From Octopus sinensis (Eukaryota): 64,000 nucleotides of DNA. Positions within the stretch are counted from its first letter, which is position 1, and each line of letters opens with the position of its first letter. Location: positions 1-64,000 of the forward strand of contig NW_021832597.1 in assembly GCF_006345805.1 (NCBI RefSeq), in the 5' to 3' direction. Position numbers and translations under genes: made by a program. This document shows, piece after piece, positions 1 through 9,649 of the stretch. Below the pieces are notes generated by a model. It was not told where the DNA came from, ran no database searches, and was given only the letters and a program-made list of their open reading frames with translations.

Positions 1-301
1 GTTTAACGCCATGGTGTTACCCGTCTTGACCTATGGCGTCCACGCTTGGTACCTCTATGAGGACAGGGATAAGCATGTTGACGTGCTTAAAAAAGTAAGA
101 AGACGAGCCATAAGGCTAGCCTATGGCTTAGGATTCCGGACTGAGCTCTCCGACGCCCAGGAATCATCTCTCAAAGGCCTCTCTGAGGTCCTAGAGAAGA
201 TTATTTCTGGATGGCAGGTAAGGCGGTAAGTCTTAACCTGTGGTTGTGTGTAGGGAGGCGTGTGTGAGATGGAGACTGAAAAGGCGGCGATGCCGAAGGT
301 C
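1..301 (+). mobile_element. 3' end of a non-LTR retrotransposon (post-RT C-terminal region plus 3' UTR), cut by the window edge
   Basis: ORF 11-229 (VLPVLTYGVHAW...KKVRRRAIRLAYG) matches the post-RT region of LINE ORF2 and is homologous to 4800-4900 (ILPSLLYGMEAW). It is the inverted twin of 413-711. Confidence 0.8.
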
Positions 302-412
302 TACTTAGTTAGTTTTTAACTCCCTTAACTTATAATGTTTTTTCTCCCAGAACTTGGAAATTTTTTTATTTAATAATTAATTAGAGAGGCTGTTAGTGAG
401 GTAACATAAGGA

Positions 413-2125
413 GACCTTCGGCATTCCTGCCTTTTCGGTCCAGCACACACGCTCGCCTCTCTACACAACCACAGGTTAGGACTTACCGTCTTACCTGCCA
501 CCCAGTCATTATCTTCTCTAGGACCTCAGGGAGGCCTTTGAGGGACAATTCCTGGGCGTTGGAGAGCTCATCACGCCATCCTAAGCCATAGGCTAGCCGG
601 ATGGCTCGTCTTCTTACTTTCTTAAGCGCGTCAACGTGCTTTTCCCTGTCCTCGCAGAAGTGCCAAGCGTGCACGCCATAGGTTAACACGGGTAACACCA
701 TGGCGTTGAACACACGGAACCAGGCACCTCTCCTCAAGTGGAAAGCACGCAACGCGCCTAATCGCTGCATCGTTCTTCGCCAAGGATCTTCTTGGCCTCG
801 GCAACGTTGCAGTGTAGCATTTCATCTACACTGCAATTCATCTCCCTACAAAATTTTAATAGGGAAACGCATAATTGCACCGCAGGACTAATACTGTCCT
901 GCGGTACACGCTCGCCAGAGGCTGAGTGCAATGGCATCTCCACGTATGGAGGACGCCTTTTCAGCCCCACGTTGTGCCGGACGGTGCCGCCGTTAGCCGC
1001 CTCGGAAGGCATTGCCGGCTTAGGCAACCAAGCGGACTCGGAAGCTTTCGCCTGCTTTGCCAACTTTGTCGGCGAAGGCTGCACCGACCCACACGCAGCA
1101 TGGCTCACAGGTTCCACTGGCTTCGCCACCCTAGCGGGTTTGGAAGGTTTGGCCAGTATCGCCTGCTTGTCAGGTTTTGGGGCAGGGGGCGCGACGCGAG
1201 GCGGGCGCCTTACCTTTGGGATTACATCCCCACCTACCTTTCGGGTTGCCTCCTTAAACTTGGGGCAACCTCTGAAGTTGGCAGTGTGTCCTAACTTACC
1301 GCAGTTGACACACTGCCTCTCCTTGGATGGTGAGGGGCACGTCTTGCGACCATGCTCTCCACCGCAGATAAGGCACTTAGCCTTATCCGGGCACTTCGTA
1401 GAGATGTGCCCGAACCCCTGACACCGAAAGCATTGGGTTGCTTTCGGGCGGGGCCAGGCAGCTCGGATCCTAATGTAGCCGATCCTGGTACCAAGAAGTA
1501 CCAGGCGCTCGGCTTCTGCAGGAGATCCCAGTGTTAGCTCCGCCACTTCAAGAGGGCGATTACCCTGCTTGAAGCGTGCAATGGCAGAGGCACTGGGGTA
1601 CTCCTGCTGCAGGTGATCTAGGAGGTCATTATCCTCGAAGTCCCGAGGAACCCCGAGGAGGAGGACACTTACCTTTCTTACCTTACGTTCGATCCTGACT
1701 AGGCGATGCATGCCAGGACCGAACGGATTTGACTTCTCCAACTCCCCTTTGAAGTTGGAGAAGTCATCCTCCTTCTCCCACCCAAGCAGGAATTGGGTGG
1801 GCTCCCTCTTCAGGACTCTATACAGTTTTGAGGGCTGGATAGAGTCCAAGACACCTAAAATTTTTATGACCGAGGCCTTCCCACTTGTAGGGAGGACCTC
1901 AAGTCGTGCCACAGCACCAAAGGTAATTCTACCCCCGGCGCCAGTGGTCTTCTTTGGGTGTGCATCCACCTGAGCGGACGCACACCCAGTACCTAAAACA
2001 TTAGGGGTTGGACGGCCAGCAACACGTTTCGGCTTCCCCACCGTGTGCCAACCGTCCTCGGGGGGAACCTTATTTCCTGCCGGACCCACCGGAGCGGGCC
2101 CAGGAGACGACACCCTGTTAGCCTT
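413..2125 (-). mobile_element. Internally deleted non-LTR element: ORF1 (gag-like) joined directly to the ORF2 C-terminus and 3' UTR; no endonuclease or RT
   Basis: ORF 758-2152 has three zinc knuckles (CFRCQGFGHISTKC, CLICGGEHGRKTC, CVNCGKLGHTANFRGC). It overlaps ORF 483-770, which encodes only the post-RT tail. Confidence 0.8.
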
Positions 2126-2152
2126 CAGAACTTGTTCTCTACGATCCCACAT
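758..2152 (-). CDS. LINE ORF1p, gag-like nucleic-acid-binding protein with 3 CCHC knuckles (Jockey/I/R1-like)
   Basis: 464-aa ORF with a pre-C2HC region, three knuckles and a Pro/Ala/Lys-rich tail. The true 5' end is probably truncated. Confidence 0.8.
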   Translation of the reverse strand: MWDRREQVLKANRVSSPGPAPVGPAGNKVPPEDGWHTVGKPKRVAGRPTPNVLGTGCASAQVDAHPKKTTGAGGRITFGAVARLEVLPTSGKASVIKILGVLDSIQPSKLYRVLKREPTQFLLGWEKEDDFSNFKGELEKSNPFGPGMHRLVRIERKVRKVSVLLLGVPRDFEDNDLLDHLQQEYPSASAIARFKQGNRPLEVAELTLGSPAEAERLVLLGTRIGYIRIRAAWPRPKATQCFRCQGFGHISTKCPDKAKCLICGGEHGRKTCPSPSKERQCVNCGKLGHTANFRGCPKFKEATRKVGGDVIPKVRRPPRVAPPAPKPDKQAILAKPSKPARVAKPVEPVSHAACGSVQPSPTKLAKQAKASESAWLPKPAMPSEAANGGTVRHNVGLKRRPPYVEMPLHSASGERVPQDSISPAVQLCVSLLKFCREMNCSVDEMLHCNVAEAKKILGEERCSD

Positions 2153-2778
2153 AAAGTGGTCAAGTATATGTACACATGTTTTAAGTGATTGTCTGAGAAG
2201 GCGCTGCTCCTAACGGCCTGGAGAGGTTTTTGATAACCAATTAATGACTCTTTTCCTCTAACTTTCCATATGTAGTCAATGAAGCGGGCGATCTCTTCAT
2301 AGCATGATTCATACACCATGCAACCCAAAACTGCATTCATTGTGGTCTTATAGTGTTTCTGGAGAATCATAAATCTGGTGTAACAAATGTTTCCCCTATG
2401 GCATATGTTCAATGTTTTGAACCTTATCACCGAATCAGCATGGTCCGGATTTTTGTTGAAAGTTTGATCAATAATAGCGGCTAATTTGTCAACATCTCTG
2501 TCAGAGACATAACCATCTGCCCAAGTCTCTGCTTTCTTTTTCTCCATGGACCTGTAGTTGAGCAAGCATATTGCAGTCCATCTATCCAGGAAGTTTTGTC
2601 TGGCCTGAATTGCAGATGATGAGATAATGGATAACCTTAAGCGAAGAAGACACTTGAACACCGCGAATTGGATGATTCCCTCTGGCCTTCTATTTGTCGC
2701 CTCAACCCTTTTATCACCATAAGTCACATTAATTGATGTCCCTACGAATTCACATAAATTCGGTTGCCTATGTTCCAA
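2125..2778 (-). CDS. Orphan intronless ORF fragment (217 aa), no family recognised
   Basis: 654 nt open frame that starts at TTG against the tail of the neighbouring LINE, so it is 5'-truncated. Composition looks globular. Confidence 0.4.
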   Translation of the reverse strand: MEHRQPNLCEFVGTSINVTYGDKRVEATNRRPEGIIQFAVFKCLLRLRLSIISSSAIQARQNFLDRWTAICLLNYRSMEKKKAETWADGYVSDRDVDKLAAIIDQTFNKNPDHADSVIRFKTLNICHRGNICYTRFMILQKHYKTTMNAVLGCMVYESCYEEIARFIDYIWKVRGKESLIGYQKPLQAVRSSAFSDNHLKHVYIYLTTLCGIVENKF

Positions 2779-2779
2779 G

Positions 2780-4397
2780 CTTATTTTATTTATTGAACCA
2801 GAAAACCACCGTCATAGCCAAAAGAAAGAAGAATTCAGGTGATCCCAGCCTCCCTCAGCAGTTCGCGCAGCCTCTCCCGATGTTCCGCCGTTGTCCTGAC
2901 GCATTTTCGGTACGGACGGGGATTTTCAGGACGAACCTCTCGTAGATGGATTGCAGATGACTTTATGGTGTTGTTCCAGGCTTTTGGGATAATCTCTTTA
3001 TCGGAAAAAGTATTTAGCAGGTTTGCCGCTTTCAACCGAATTTTGTCGATTTTTGATTGATTGTTTGCACTTAAGTTTGTTCCCCAGATTCCGCACGCAT
3101 AGCCGATCGTAGGTTCCAAGTATTGATTATATATGTTGTTTAGGCCATATAGGCCTTTGCATTCTCCTGCGTTCTTCAGGAAGGCATTCAGGGAGTTAAC
3201 CTTTCTTGCACCCGCCATAACTACATTTTCGACGTGGGTTGGAAAGGTGTCGAATGTAACTCCAAGAATCTTCTGGGTTTTGCTCTGCGGTATAATTTCC
3301 CCGTCTAACTTCGCTTCAATTGAGACTTTCCCAAGCCTTCTGTTTTTCGTAAACAGAGTCAAAATAGATTTTTCCGGACTTGCCTCCAGTTCGTTTTTAT
3401 ATAGCCATGAAATCAGATTGTTGAGGTTATCCTGTATTCTATCCGTTGCTTTTATTATGCTCACATCCCTTGATGCGACGATAATATCGTCTGCATATAG
3501 TAATGACAGATCGTTGTCCCCTTCTGGCTGTGGTATGTCGTTCATCATAAGATTGAATAAAAGTGGAGATAGTGGAGAACCCTGAGGGACCCCATTTGGT
3601 AATAGTCTCGATATGGAAGATCTGTTTCCACAGCAAGCCCTTCCCCGACGGCCGCTCAGGAAATTCCCAAGCCATAGTTTTAGATTCGTATCAATATTTG
3701 AGGAATAGATCTTTTGTGTGAGTATTTTCCTTGGCACCGAATCGAAAGCCTTCTTTATGTCGATCGAGCAGACAATGGATTTTTTCTGTTTAGGTTTTTT
3801 GTTTAGACCGTCTGATATAAACTTCATTAAAGCATTTAGGTGTGTGACAGTTGATCGCCCCGCTTTGAATCCATGTTGAAACTGACTTCTAGGAGGAGGG
3901 GGCGAATCAAACTCATCACCATTCTCTCTAGAATTCGTGCCTGGACGCATAAAAGGGACAGTGGCCTGTATGATCCAGGTTGCTCCTTCGGTTTTCCAGG
4001 CTTCAGGATTGGGTGAATGCACGACAGTTTCCATAATGTTGGAATGAAATTGAAGTTGCACGAGTAGTTGTAAATACTCGTAAGTGCAGAGATAGCTGCA
4101 TCGCCCAATTTTTTGCTTGCTGTACTCATACAGGAATGCAACTACAAGCCCCTCGTCCCAAGACCCAGAGTTCTCAATTTTTTCTGCAAGCGAATAAATT
4201 GGGGAACCTTCCATGTAGTCGTGCTTATGCTTACACCAAGCAGGCTGTTCGCAATAGTCTTCCTCGTTGGGCGGGTCGTGGTACATAGTCACCCACCTGC
4301 TGACAATCATTCCATTTTCTCTCGGTGTTCTCTTGGATGCAGCTGTACCAAATTTAATAAGGTCATACTTACCATTGTTTTCAGACATAATACTGGT
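2780..4397 (-). mobile_element. 5'-truncated Jockey/I-like LINE (RT domain, frameshifted)
   Basis: RT motifs YRPLSLL (frame 3836-4141), QHGFKAGRST, SIDIKKAFDSV, GVPQGSPLSPLLFN, LLYADD, KILGVTFD. A-rich tail aataaataaaataa near 2780. Confidence 0.9.
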
Positions 4398-5368
4398 CCT
4401 GCCTCAGTCCACTTCTTTTCAATTTGGTTATGAGCAGTTTCCCTTTGCCCCAAGACCCTCGGACAAATCTACTTCTCTATGCTGATGACGTCCTTATCCT
4501 TGACACCTCAAAGGATGTGATGGCTTCAGAAAAGAGGCTTTTCACCTACATTGAGGTAATAAAGAAGTGGTGCGCCAGCAAACAGCTTTCGTTAGCAATG
4601 GATAAATCCGCTTTCCTACAAATCAACTCGAAAAAGTCATCAGATCAAAGCTCTGGGCCCCTAGCCGAAATTGTAAGCCCCAGCTGCATACGCTACCTGG
4701 GGCTTACAATTGACGCTAACTCGGGCTACCGTCTGCATGTCAAGAAAAAAAGAGCGAAAGCCATTGCGGCTCTCCGCCTCTTAAGAAGCATGCACCTGGA
4801 TCCAAAGACATTCCTCTTCTTGTTCCACGCAACCATCCTACCCAGCTTGCTGTACGGAATGGAAGCATGGTACTACTCGAAAGATCTCGATAAAATTTAC
4901 AGGAAATGCGAGAAAATCCGGAAATGCGAGAAAGTCGATGTCTCTATTCAGACGTCGCCGGCCCCCATCACACTCACAAGCTTGAAGACAAACACTAATG
5001 GGCGCCATAACTCAGAAGTGGTCCGCTCGACTGTCCCCCATAAGAAGGCAAAACTTCACCGTGACAAAGCTTTGCCACAAAGAGGTCCCCACTCGGATCA
5101 GGACCTACACAACAAAGATGCCCTACTGGAATGCTTCCGCTGTTGTGTAGGAGCCCTAAACATACCTGGAGTGGATATGGATACGCTGCAAGAGCTCCTG
5201 CTAGAAGGGAGCAATTCAGCAACATAGCCACTATTAACTCTGGCTCACAACAGATGAATTGGACGCAAGCTCAAAAGAGTTCAGTTGCCTTGGCATCAGT
5301 CTCGTCCTATCACCGTTCTCAATTCCTGTCACTTTCTCTTTCTCTGTTAATTACAATAAACTTAATTG
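4398..5368 (+). mobile_element. 5'-truncated LINE (RT C-half plus 3' UTR), head-to-head with the previous element
   Basis: SCLSPLLFNLVM, LLLYADD, IRYLGLTID, ILPSLLYGMEAW. Ends in aataaacttaa(ttga)n. Confidence 0.88.
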
Positions 5369-5389
5369 ATTGATTGATTCAACATACAA

Positions 5390-6115
5390 ATATGCTGTGA
5401 GAATCCAGTTGAATGGTCAAGGAAAAGAAAGGTCAAGAATAATCAAAATCTCTCATCAATCAAAGCTTGCTCCAAAGTCTAAAGACGAACATCGGTAAAG
5501 CCACAGCCCGTTTGCGAACCCATCAAAGCTGAATATCCCACCGAACCTCCGAACCCTACTGTGCCTCAAAAACACAGGGAGACCCAATGCCATCAGACAA
5601 CAACCGAGCCTAACAGCTCAAGCCTCACATATTCTCTGAGTATCGAAAACCCGGCACTTGGAAAGATCAAGAGGTTTAACCTCCTATCCAAGTCGCCAAC
5701 TGCTTCCAAAGCCCGGATAACTTTACAGAAGTCCGGCACCTTCATTCTAAAATTCAGATCGCCCGAGGATGCTGCTGCTTTCAAAGCAGAGCTGTTTCAA
5801 TCGAATATGTTTGGCGAAGACGGTCATAAACTTGCCTCAGTAGCTGAGAAGGCCTCAGTCTTGGTCCTTAAAGGAATCCCTCATTGGATCTTGACAGAGG
5901 ACCTTAACCTCCACTTGAGAAAAAATCTAGAATCGGACTTCAAGTTCGAAGGATTCTCTCGCAATGGATCCGACATGCCTGTCGGCAGACTCACGCTGGA
6001 TTCCAGAGCCGAGGCCAACACCCTCATCCGCTTTGGAATAACTGCAGGCTTCAGCCATATCCGCTGCGAATGGCACAAGCCCTCAGCAACGAGATGCTTC
6101 CGTTGCAATCAGTTT
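5390..6115 (+). mobile_element. LINE ORF1 (gag-like) fragment, truncated after the first knuckle
   Basis: ORF 5561-6211 is homologous to the ORF1 at 758-2152 (VLVLKGIP...LTLDSRAEA...KPSATRCFRCNQF). Confidence 0.75.
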
Positions 6116-6549
6116 GACATACAATCTAAAAATACTAATAAACCAACTGTACTCTCAAAAATGACAGTGAGCAAACAGGCATGTATTCCTGAGGTCAAAA
6201 TGGATTTTTAAAGTATTTTATCAAACTGAAACAGCAGAGTTGTCAAAATCTTTGCAAACATGGTTGATCCACGGAATAGCAAAAACTCCAATACGCCTAT
6301 CGACTTGGTTGTCTTAAACGGACACAAGTAAATTTTAAAATTTCTCATTGAGATTAACGCAGACATCAAAGCCGGGTTGCTTATTTGCGTAAACACAAAA
6401 ACCAATTTTTATGGACAGCTCTCGACTTTGCGGCAACAAATGGCAATGTATGTCGATATTGCTTAATGATGACGCCCCAATTGATGCAAATACGGATTAA
6501 AAAGATCTGTCCTTTCTATTGGTATACTATCTTCTGATTTATTTTTCAC

Positions 6550-7300
6550 TTATCATTATTTAGAATTCCAAAACAATTTGAAATAATATGTTGCAATACA
6601 TCTTCCCATGCCATTTTAAAAAATATCACAACATCGTTTAATGTGAATTTTGCGGTATACACATGATTTCAATATTAAACAAATTTTCTGGTATGCAATG
6701 CAACGAGTTATCCAGAATAAGCAAAATTTGTTTTTTCTGTAATTTTAGATTCAAATCATGTTTGTTAGCCAAACTATGAATATTTTCCCAGTCATCCAAG
6801 CACACTGGGATTTATAATATGAAATAAATGAATTGTAATTGTAGTTTTTGAAACATTTTTTGGGTTTTGATATCATCACAGGTTTTAATTTTTTGTATTA
6901 ATAAAAAGACTGAAGAAAACTGGTCATTGGCAGATAGCCAAAGTATTATCTCTGGTTTTAATTTATGAGTTTTACTCATATTCGTGCAAAGCATTATGGA
7001 AACACGATTCTTTAAATTATTGTAACCTTTAAATCGGTTACGACAAATGGATTTTGAAAGAATGATTTTATAAAACAGTTCAGTTTCCTAAATTCGCGCA
7101 ATCAGTCATTAAATTATTCTTTACAAAGATCACAGCAAATTAATCAAATAATGTCTCGTAGCAATTATTAGTAACGACTTCTTCAATGACTTTGTAGTAT
7201 TCAGTGGTATGTTACTCATTAATCCAAATCATTAATGATCCCTTCTTTTTGTATTTCTAAAATAATATAAATAATTGCTCAATAATTGATCATGTGCAGG
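6550..7300 (-). mobile_element. Degenerate pogo/Tigger (DDE_1) transposase remnant; limits approximate
   Basis: Frameshifted motifs read by hand: SAWMTGKIFIVWL and QILLILDNSLHC..NIEIMCIPQNS. Confidence 0.65.
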
Positions 7301-7403
7301 TTAGAAAATTTAACACTCTAAGATAACTAGTTTTGTGAATACATTTTGTCAAGTACTAATTTCTAATAGATTCTTGAATTAGACAAGTATCGAAGCAGAT
7401 GTA

Positions 7404-8862
7404 CAGTGCTGGTAGAAAAAAACCGGTTTTGCAGTTACTAACTTTTTTTGGCAGATAGCATTTATTTTTTTAACTGAATCGAACTCTTTGTAGTTGATTA
7501 GATTTATATTTTTTTTATTTATAAAAAATTTCATTAATCGTTTACAATTCGGATGATTTAAATTTTAGCGTGTGAATAAAAAACCGGTTTTCATTATTGA
7601 GTGATATTTTAGTAGTTGAATTTTTAGTTTTATAAGCAAATGTTAAATAAAATAATTAAAGGGAAGATTCTTGCTCTTTATGAGTTAAATGGACGATAAA
7701 AGATATTGCAGATCATCTAAATACTCCAAAATCGACAATCGGAGATTTTCTTCGAAAATTCAAAAAATATGGAACTATTGATAGGATTCCTGGTTCTGGG
7801 CGTCCTAAAAAGCTTCAAAAAACAGACGTTGAAATTTTATTGCATCTTGTTGAGTGCGATCCAAAAAAATCTTCTAACACGTTGAGGAATGAAATAAACC
7901 ATTTAACTGGTAAGAGTGTCTGTAGAAAGACAATTGGAAATTACTTAAATTCCAATTTTCTCTTCGGAAGAGTATGTCAACGCAAACCGTTGCTTTCGAA
8001 GAAAAACATAATAAAAAGAAATGAATTGTCAAAAATTTTTATTCGGATGAACAATGACGCATGGAAAACTATTATTTTCTCTGATGAAGCATCTTTTCAG
8101 ATTTTTCCTACTAAAAAAAGGCAATACAGTTATCGAAAAAAAAGTTCACGTTATGAATTGAGCCATACTACGCCGACAGTAAAATTTGGTGGAGGCAGTG
8201 TTATGGTTTGGGGCTGTATCTCCTATCAAGGAGTGGGCAATTTAGTTTTTGTTAATGGAACCCTCAATTCCGCTAAATATATAAATGTTTTAACGAATAA
8301 TTTGTTCGTTTCGGCGCGAAAAATGGAACTAAATCGGTTCACTTTCCAACAAGATTTGGCTCCCTGCCATCAATCTGCATTGACAACCAAGTTTTTTGAA
8401 GAAAATAAAATTCCAATTCTTGATTGGGCTCCGCAATCTCCAGACATGAACCCAATGGAACATGTTTGGAGCATGATGAAGCAGAAGTATTCTTTAGATC
8501 CTGCAAAAAATAAACTGGATCTGGAAGTTAAATTAACAAAAATTTGGAACGAATTGCCGTCTGAAAGTATTCAGAAGTTAATTGATAGCATGCCTAAAAG
8601 GTCATACGAGCTATTTATTAATCGAGGATACCACACAACATATTAACTGTTGATTTTGTTAACTCTTTTTGTTAAAACCGGTTTTTTATTCACATGCAAA
8701 AATTTAAATTTTTAAAATTTCGGCCGATTATTGAAATTTTTTAAAAGTAAAAAAGATTATATATATAATCAACTTCAAACTCTTTATTTCATTTAGAAAA
8801 TTAATAGCTATCCGCCAAAAAAAGTTAGTAACTGCAAAACCGGTTTTTTTCTACCAGCACTG
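7404..8862 (+). mobile_element. Full-length Tc1-family DD34E transposon, IR/DR type (1459 bp)
   Basis: TIR cagtgctggtagaaaaaaaccggttttgcagttactaac at both ends with TA target duplications (7402-7403, 8863-8864). Inner repeat aaaaaaccggtttt about 180 bp in. Transposase 7640-8646 with IFSDE / QQD-34aa-E (SPDMNPME) and one frameshift near 7689. Confidence 0.95.
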
Positions 8863-9649
8863 TATGCCATTATGATATTAATTTGTTTCTGATTTGCAAG
8901 TAAAAATCATGCTACAAAAATATGTTCTGATTATAAATAAATTGTTTTTTTTATCTCCTGTCAGTTTTTAATTAAAACACAGAGGTGTTGCAATAGTTTA
9001 TGTTTGTTCAAGATCATTCATTGTCAAGCGCCATAAATGAAACGCGTGCCTAAAGTGAAACGCTGTAACCTTGAATTTAACCTTCAATTGAGCTCTTGAC
9101 AATTATCAACTCAATATTAAAGATTTTTTCGCACTTTGAGATAATATTATTGGAATGAGATTTGCCAACATTGTAAAGGATGTTCAGGAGTATAAGAATA
9201 TTCTCGATGTTTTAATAAATAATACAGTTTTACGACAAATTGTTTATAGTGGAAATTTGTCCCACAGCCTTGTGACGAAAAGTGTACACATTAATTTTCT
9301 GATTTTCAGGAGTCTTTTGATTTGGTCTCTAAATCAATTGTGTACTATGAAGCATCAATTACAGCGAATGTTGAAATAAATCGTTACACGAAGCAATGAT
9401 ATAAATTTGTTTTAGAATTGTAGATCATGACGTAATCGTGAGACAAGCCTTACGACACACGTGAGAGTTAAAGTAGATAAGACTTTATTCAAAGTCAGGT
9501 CATGTCTAATAGTAGTTGTGTAATAATAAATGATTTAATTTGCAGAGTGGTAAACCCAAATTTGAAAATGAGAAAGTAGTGATGAATAGTAATGTTGATG
9601 TGTGGGTATAGTAGTGAAAGCTAAGCGATAAGTGTTAATGTTGAATTAG

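Noticed and set aside
792-1421. Long antisense ORFs over gag, UBA1, V-ATPase and PHF3-like genes (e.g. 792-1421, 10679-11245, 50189-51073)
   Set aside because: Shadows of real coding frames, favoured by low stop density in skewed GC-rich DNA; no domain features.
2780-5368. Twin-priming 5' inversion of one LINE
   Set aside because: The two head-to-head pieces both contain YADD regions with different sequences and separate 3' tails, so they are two different elements.
9420-9510. Possible solo LTR (aataaa and terminal ACA on the minus strand)
   Set aside because: No TG start, TSD or second copy found.
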